A stretch of DNA of 64,000 bases from the human T2T-CHM13v2.0 reference genome, Homo sapiens. The position numbers and the translations under genes are program-made. The notes below the pieces were generated by a model. That model was not told where the DNA came from and did no database searches. It was given only the letters and a program-made list of their open reading frames with translations. Positions 56,101 through 64,000 of this stretch are shown here, piece by piece. Each line of letters begins with the position of its first letter. The first letter of the stretch is position 1. The stretch lies in assembly GCF_009914755.1 (NCBI RefSeq), contig NC_060934.1. One strand, written 5' to 3'.

Positions 56101-59100
56101 GAAGATATTTCCTTTTTTACCATAGGCCTCTGCACTCCCAAATATAGCTTTGCAGATTCTACAAAAAGATGTTTCCAAACTGCTCAATCAAAAGAAAGGT
56201 TTACTTCTGTGAGATGTATGTACACATCACAAAGCAGTTTTTCAGATAGCTTCTGTCTAGTTTTTCTCTGAGGATATTTTCTTTTTCACTATAGACTTCA
56301 ATATGCTCACAAATATCCCCTTGCAGGGTCTACAAAAACTGTGTTTCCAAACTGCTTAATCCAAAGAGGGTTTAGCTCTGTGAGATGACTGCACACAGCA
56401 CAAAGCAGTTTCTCATAAAATTTCTTTGCAGTTTTTACCCAAAGATATTTCCTTGTTCACCATAGGCCTTTTTGCACTACCTAACTTCCCTTCACAGAGT
56501 CTACAAAAAAGGTGTTTCCAAACTGCTCAATCAAAAGAAAAGTTTTGCTCTGTGAGATGAATGCACAGATCACAAAGCAGTTTCTCAAAATACTTCTTCC
56601 TAGTTTTCAACCGAAGATAGTTCCTTTTTCACCATAGGCTTCAATGTGCTCCCAAATGCCCCTCCACAGATTCTACAAAAACAGTGTTTCCAAACAGCTC
56701 AATCAAAAGAAACTTTTAACTCTCTGAGATGACTGCACACATCACAAAGCAATTTCTCATAAAACTTCTGTCTAGTTCTCTGAAGATATTTCCTTTTCCA
56801 CTGTAGGCCTCAATGTGCTCCCAAATATCCCTTCGCTGATTCTACAAAATAAGTGTTTAGAAACTGTTCCATCAAAAGAAGGACTTAACTCTGTGATATG
56901 AATGCACACTTCAGAAAGCAGTTTCTCATAACGCTTCTTTCCAGTTTTTTTCTGAAGATATTTCCGTGTTGATCAAGGGCTATTTTGCGGTATCTATTAT
57001 TGCTTTGCAGATTTGCAAAAACAGTGTTTCCAAACTGGTCAGTCAAAAGAAAGGTTTAACTCTGTGAAATGAATGTACACATCACAAAGAACTTTCTCAA
57101 AATGCTTCTTTCTAATTTTTATTCTAAGATATTTCATTTATCACCATAGGCTTCAATGCACTCCCAAATATCCAATCACATATTCTACAAAGAGATTGTT
57201 TCTTAACTGCTCAATCAAAAACCAGATTTAACTCTGTGAGTTGAGTGCACACATAACAAAGCAGTTTCACAAAAAATTTCTTTCAAGTTTTTATCCAAAA
57301 ATATTTTCTTTTCCACCATAGGCCTCAGTGGGCTCCCAAATATACCCTTGCAGATTCTACAAAAACAGCGTAGAACCTGTTCCATCAAAACTGCACAGTT
57401 TTTGTCTGAAAACCAAACTGCACAATCAAAAGAAAGTTTTAACTCTGTCAGATGAATGCACACATCAGAAGCAGTTTCTTATAATGCTTCTTTCCTGTTT
57501 TTATGTGAAAATATTTCCTTTTTCACAATAGGCTTTTTTTCCTACCTTATATTGCATTACAGATTTTGCAGAAACAATTTTTCCAAACCTCTCAGTCAAA
57601 AGATAGGTTTAACTATGTGAGATGAATGCCCAAATCACAAAGCAGTTTCTCAAAAACTTCTTTCTAGTTTTTATCCAAAGGGATTTCCTTTACTGCCATA
57701 GGCTTCAATGCACTCCCAAATATCCTGTTTCAGATTCTACAAAGAGAGTGTTTCCAAACTGTTCAATCAAAAAACAGGTTTAACTCTGTGAGGTGAATGC
57801 ATACATCACAAAGCAGTTTCTCAATAAGCTTCTTTCTAGTTTTAATCCGAATGTATTTCCTTTTTCAATATAGGCCTCTGTGCACTCCCAAATATACCTT
57901 TGCAGATTCTATAAAAACAGTGTTTCCAAACTGCTCAATCAAAAGAAATGTTTAACTATATCAGATGAATGTACACATCATAAAGCAGTTTCTCTGATAG
58001 CTGCTGCTTCTGTGAAGATATTTCCTTTTCCAACATATGCCTCAATGTGCTTCCAAATATTCCTTTACCAATTCTATGAAAACAGCTTTTCCAATCTGTT
58101 CCATCAAAGGAAGGATTTTACACTGTGAGATGAATGCACATGTCAGAGAGCAGTTTCTCTTAATGCACCTTTCCAGTTTTTATCTGAAGATGTTTCCTTG
58201 TTCACCATAGGCCTTTTTGGGATATGTAACATTACTTCCTAGATTATAGAAAAACTGTGTTTCCAAACTGCTAAGTCAAAAGAAAAGTTTAACTCTGTGC
58301 GATGAATGCACACATCACAAAGCAGTTTCTCAGATAGCTTCTGTATAGTTCTTCTTTGGAGATATTCCCTTTTCCACCATAGGCCTCAATGCGCTCCCGA
58401 GTATCCCTTCACAGATTCTATAAATACTGTGTTTCCAAACTCTTCCACCAAAACAATGATTCAACTCTCTGAGATGAGTGCACACATCAGAAAGCAGTTT
58501 CTCATAATGCTTCCTTCCAGTTTTTATTGAAGATATTTCCAGTTCACCATAAGCCATCTTGCGCTACCAAACATTGCTTCACAGATTATGCAGAAACAGT
58601 GTTTCCAAACTGTTCCATCAAAAGAAGGACTTAACTCTGTGAGATGAATGCACACATCTGAAAGCAGTTTCTCATAATGCTTCTTTCCAGTGTTTATCTG
58701 ATGATATTTCCTTTTTCAGCATAGGCTTTTTTGTGTTGCCTAATATTGCTTTGCAGATTTTCAGAAAAAAAAAAGGGTTTCCAAACTGCTCAGGCAAATG
58801 AAAGTTTTAACTCTCTGAGTCAAACACACACATCACAAAGTAGTTTCTCTGAAAGCTCCTTTATAATTTTTATCTGGAGATATTATTACCTTTTTCAGCA
58901 TAGGCCTCAATGAGCTCCCAAATAACCCTTCGTAGATACTGCCAAAGGGGTGTTTCCAAACGGCTCCAGCAAAGGAAAGATTTAACACTGTGAAATGTAT
59001 GCAGACATCACAAATCAGTGTCTCAGAAAGATTCTTTCCACTTTTTAAATTAAGATATTTACTTTTTCACCATAGGCCTCTTTGAACTCCCAAATATCAC

Positions 59101-62100
59101 TTTGTAGATTATACAAAAACAGTGTTTCCAAACTGCTGTATCAAAAGAAATGTTTAATTCTGTGAGATGAATGCATACATCTGAAAAAGTTTCTCAAAAA
59201 TTTCTTTGTAGTTTATATCTGAAGATACTTCATTTTTCACCATTGCCTTCTATGAGCTCCCAACAATCCATTCGCAGATCCTACAAAAAGAGGGTTTCCA
59301 AACAGCTTAATCAAAATACAGTTTTAATACTGTGAGATGAAAGCACACATCTCAAAGCAGTTTCACAAAAAGTTTCTTTCTAGTTTTTTTCTGTAGATAT
59401 TTCCTTTTTCACCTTAGGCTTCAATGTGCTCCCAAATATCCCTTCGCAGATTCTACAAAACCAGTGTTTGCAAAGTGCTCAATCAGAAGAAATGCTTAAC
59501 TCTGTGAGATGAATGCACACATCATGAAGGAGTTTCAAAGAAAGCTTCTGTCTAGTTCTTCAATGAAGATATTTACTTTTCCAGCTTACACCTCTATGTG
59601 CTCCCAAATATGCCTTCACAGATTCTACAAAAACAATGTTTACAAACTGTTCCATCAAAAGAAGGACTTAACTCTGTTGGATGAGCACACACAAAAGAAA
59701 GCAGTTTCTCACAACCATTCTTTCCAGTTTTGATATGAGGATATTTTGTTTTTCAATCTTGGCTTTTTTGAGCTACAAATGATCACTTCAGAAATTATAC
59801 AAAAACAGTGTTTCCAAACTACTCAGTGAAAAAAAAGTTTATCTCTGTGAGATGAATGGACACACCACAAAACAGTTATTCAATAAGCTTCATTCTAGTT
59901 TTTATTGGAATATATTTCCTTTTTCACCATAGGCCTAACTGTGCTTTCAAATATCCCATAGCAGATACTACAAAAATAGTGTTTCCAAACTGCTCAATCA
60001 AAGGAAATGTTTAAATATGTGAGAAGAATGCGCACATCACAAAGTGGTTTCTCAGAAAGCTTCTTTGTAGTTTTTATCTGAAGTTATTTCCTTTTTCACC
60101 ATAGGCCACCATGTGCTCCCAAATATCTCCTCACAGAGTCTACCAAAACACTCTTTCCAAAGTGCTCAATCAAAAGAAAGTTTTCACTCTGTCAGATGAA
60201 TGCTCACATCAATTTCTGAGAAAGACTCTTTCTGGTTTTTATCTGGAGATATGTCATTTTTCACTGTAGACCGAAATGCGCTCCCAAATAACTCTTTGCA
60301 GTTTCTGCCAAAAGGGTGTTTCCAAATATCTCCATCTAAGGAAAGATTTAACACTGTGAAATGAATGCACACATCACAAACCAGTGTCTCAGAAGGCTTC
60401 TTTCCAGTTTTTATCCTAAAATATTTCCTTTTTCACCATAGGCCTCTTTATGCTAAAAAATTTGACTTTGTAGATTATACAAAAACAGTGTTTCCTAACT
60501 GCTCTATCAAAAGAAAGGTTTAACTCTGCGAGATGAATGCTCACATCACAAAGCAGTTTCTCAAAAAGCTTCTTTCTAGTTTTTAATCTGAGGATAGTTC
60601 TTTTTCCTCCAAAGGCCTCACTGCACCTCCAAATATCCCTGCACAGATTCTACAAAAACGATATTTTCAAACTGCTCTATCAAAAGAAATGTTTAACTCT
60701 GTGAGATGAATGCACACACCAGAAAGTAATTTCTCATAATGCTTCTTTCCAGTTTTTATCTGAAGTTATTTCCTTGTTCACCAGAGTCTTTTTTGTGCTA
60801 TCAAGTATCACCTCACAGAGTTTGCAAAAACAGTGTTTCCAAACTGCTACATCAAAAGAAACGGTAAACTCTGTGAGATGAGTGCCCACTTCACTAAACA
60901 GTTTCCCAAAAAGCTTTCTAGTTTTTATGCAAAGATATTGCCTTTTTCAATGTAGGCCTCAGTGCGCTCCCAATTATCCCTTCGCAGTTTCTGTAAAAAC
61001 AGTGTTTCCAAACTGCTCAATCAAAGGAAAGTTTTAACTCTGTGAGATGAATGTAAACCTCACAAAGAAATTTCTCCAATAGCTTCTGTCTAGTTCTTCT
61101 CTGAAGATATTTCATTTTCAATCAGAGGCCTCAATACGCTCCTGTATATTCTTTTGCAGATTCTATAAAACCAGAGTATCTGAACTGTTCCATCAAAACA
61201 ATGACTACACACTGTGAGATGAATGCACACATCAGAAAGCAGTTTCTCATTATGCTTCTTTCCAGTTTTTATCTGAAAATATTTCCTTGTTCACCATAGG
61301 CCTTTTTGGGCTACTTAACATAGTAACCCAGATTGTACAAGAACGGTGTTTGCAAACTTCTCAGTCAAAATAAAAGTTTAGCTCAGTGAGATGAATCATA
61401 CTTCACTAACAGTTTCTCAAAATTCTTATTTCTATTTTTTATCCGAAGATATTTCCTTTTTTACCATAGACCTCAGTGCGCTCACAAATATCCCTTTGTG
61501 GAATCTAAAAAAATAGTGTCCTAAACTGCTCAATCAGAGGAAAGTTTTAACTCTGTGACATGAATGCGTACATAACAAACCAGTTTCTCAGAAAGCTCTG
61601 TCCGGTCTCCTCTGAAGATATTTTCTTTTCCACCATAGGCTTCAATGCACTCCCAAATATCCCTTCACAGACTCTACAAAAACAGAGTTTCCAAACAGGT
61701 CCATCAAAAAAGACTTAACTCTGAGAGCTGAATGCACACATCAGAAAGCAGTTTCTAATAACGCTTTTTTCTAGTTTTTATCTGAAGATATTTCCTTTTT
61801 TGTCACAGGCTTTTATTGCGATACCTAGTATCAATTTTGCAAAAACCGTGTTTCCAAACTGCTCAGTCAAAAGAAAGCTTTAATGTTGTAAGATGAATGC
61901 ACACATCACAGAGCAGTTGCTCAAATGCTTCTTTCTAGTTTTTATCCAAAGATATATCCTTTTTCACCATAGGCCTAACTGCACTTTCAAATATCCCATT
62001 GCAGATTTTACAAAACCAGTGCTTCCAAACTGATCAATCAAAAAACAGGTTTAACACTGTGAATTGAATGCAGACATCACAAAGCAGTTTCTCTAAAAGC

Positions 62101-63741
62101 ACCTTTATTGTTTTAATCTGAAGATATTTTCATTTTTACCATAGGCCTCTGTGTGCTCCCAAATATATCTTTGCAGATTCTATGAAAACATTGTTTTCAA
62201 ACTGCTCAATCAAAAGAAAGGTTTAATTCTGTAAGATGGATGCACATATCACCAAGCAGTTTCTCAGATAGCTTCTGTCTAGTTTTTCTCTGAAGATACT
62301 TCCTTTTTCACTTTAGGAGTCAAAGTGTTCCCAAATAATCATCTGCAGATTCTATAAAAATGGTGTTTCTGAACAGTTCTATTCAATGAAGGATTTAACT
62401 GTGTGAGATGAGTGCATAAATAAGAAAGCTGTTTCTCTTAACACTTCATCCCAGTTTTTATCTGAAGATATTTCCTTGTTCACCATAGGCCTCTTTGCCC
62501 TACATAATACCACTTCACAGGTAATACAAAAACAGTGTTTCCAAACTGCTCAGTCAAAACAAATGTTTAACTTTATGCGATGAATGCTCACCTCCAAAAG
62601 CAGTTTCTCAAACAGGTTCTTTCTAGTTTTTATCTGAAGGTATTTCCTTTTTCACCACAAGCTTCAATGGGTTCCCAAATATCACTTCACAGATTCTGCA
62701 AAAAAAGTGTTTCCAAACTGCTCATTCAAAAGAAAGGTTTAACTCTGTGAGATGAATGCACACATCACAAAAGACTTTCTCAGACAGCTTCTATCTAGTT
62801 CTTCTCTGAAGATATTTGCTTTCCCACCATAGGCCTCAATGCACTCCCAAATACCCTTTGGAGATTCTACAAAAACATTGTTTCTAAACTGTTCCATCAA
62901 AAGAAGGACTTAACTCTGTGAGATGAATGCAACATCTGAAAGCAGTTTCTTATAATACTTCTTTCCAGTATTAATCTGAAGATATTTCCTTTATCAATGT
63001 AGGCATTTTTGCACTAATATCGCTTTGCAAATTATACAAAAACAGTGTTTCCAAACTGCTCAGTCAAAACAAAGGTTAACTCTGTGAGATGAATGCACAC
63101 ATCAGAAAGCAGTTACTCAAAAAAATTCTTTCTAGTTTATATTCGAAGATATTTCTTTTTTCACCACCATCCTAACTACTCTTCCAAATATCCCATTGAA
63201 GATTTTACAAAAACAGTGTTTCCAAACTGCTCCATAAAGAACAGGTTTAACTCCGTTAGTTGAACACACAAATCACAAAGCAGTTTCTCAGAAAGCTTGT
63301 TCCTAGTTTTTATCTGAAGATATTTCTTCTTTCACCATAGGCATCAGTGTGCTCCCAAATATCCCTTCACAGATTATATGAAAACGGTGTTACAAAACAG
63401 CTCAATCAACAAAAACGTTTACCTCTGTGAGAAGAATGCAAACATCACAGATCGATTGCTGAGAAAGCTTCCTTCTAGTTTTTATCTGAAGTAATTTCCT
63501 TTTTCACCATACACTTTGAATGCTTCCAAATATCCCTTCACAGATTGTACAAAAACAGTGTTTCAAATTGAACAATCAAAAGAAAGGTTTACCACCGTGA
63601 GATGAATGCATACATCACACAACAGTTTCTTAGAAAGCTTCTTTCTAGTTTTTATCCGATGATATTTTCTTTTCACCATAGGATTCAATGTGCTCCCAAA
63701 TATCCCTTCACAGATTCTACAGATACAGGCTGTCCAAACTG
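47151..63741 (-). repeat. Alpha satellite, second non-dimeric ancient family, reverse orientation
   Basis: Monomers carry CTGCTCAATCAAAAG, CTGTTCCATCAAAAGAAGG or CTGCTCAGTCAAAAG in place of GCTGAATG/GCTGAATCC. The GTCCATTC..GAATGGAC and CCTGGGATATT monomer is absent. The family was not assigned. Confidence 0.9.
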
Positions 63742-63758
63742 CTGAAAATTCTTTTCAG

Positions 63759-64000
63759 ACAAGAAAAGAAAGGTTTAACTGTCTGGAGTGAATGCACACA
63801 TCACAAAGCAGTTTCTCAGATAGCTTCCTTCCAGGTTTTATCCTGGGATATTCACTGTTTAGCCATTGGCCTCAATGAGTTCTGAAATGTCCATTTGCAG
63901 AATGAATGAAAACAGTGTCTCCAAACTGCTAAATCCCAAAAACAGTTTAACTCTGTGATGAGAATGCACACATCTCAAAGCAGTTTCTCAGAAAGCATCT
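63759..64000 (-). repeat. Alpha satellite, dimeric type resumes
   Basis: GATAGCTTCCTT..ATCCTGGGATATTCAC..CATTGGCCTCAATGAG..AAATGTCCATTTGCAGAATG reappears at 63,820-63,905. Confidence 0.8.

Overview
Primate, most likely human, pericentromeric DNA. There are no intact protein-coding or RNA genes and no evidence of a new gene-encoded system. About 56 kb is old, diverged alpha satellite (~171-172 bp monomers carrying pJalpha/A-type boxes; no CENP-B box seen). From 1 to ~47.1 kb the satellite is a two-monomer (~343 bp) alternating type, resembling the ancient dimeric H1H2/OaNa layer. It runs on + until an inversion junction at ~10,036-10,056 and on - afterwards. From ~47.15 to 63.74 kb it switches to a different, non-dimeric monomer family, and the dimeric type returns in the last ~240 bp. 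Two dead LINE-1 elements interrupt the array: a 5'-truncated 1.3 kb L1PA3/4-like copy on - (11,345-12,672) and a full-length ~6.25 kb L1PA4/5-like copy on + (20,329-26,578), both with target-site duplications. All ORFs in the track are L1 fragments or chance translations of satellite. The notable signals are structural: a 9-bp palindrome in every second monomer; short hairpin-containing templated inserts at rearrangement junctions; a degenerate 4-mer higher-order repeat; one foreign-type monomer sitting in register; and a near-perfect recent 172-bp duplication. Family and subfamily names come from remembered consensus features and were not aligned.
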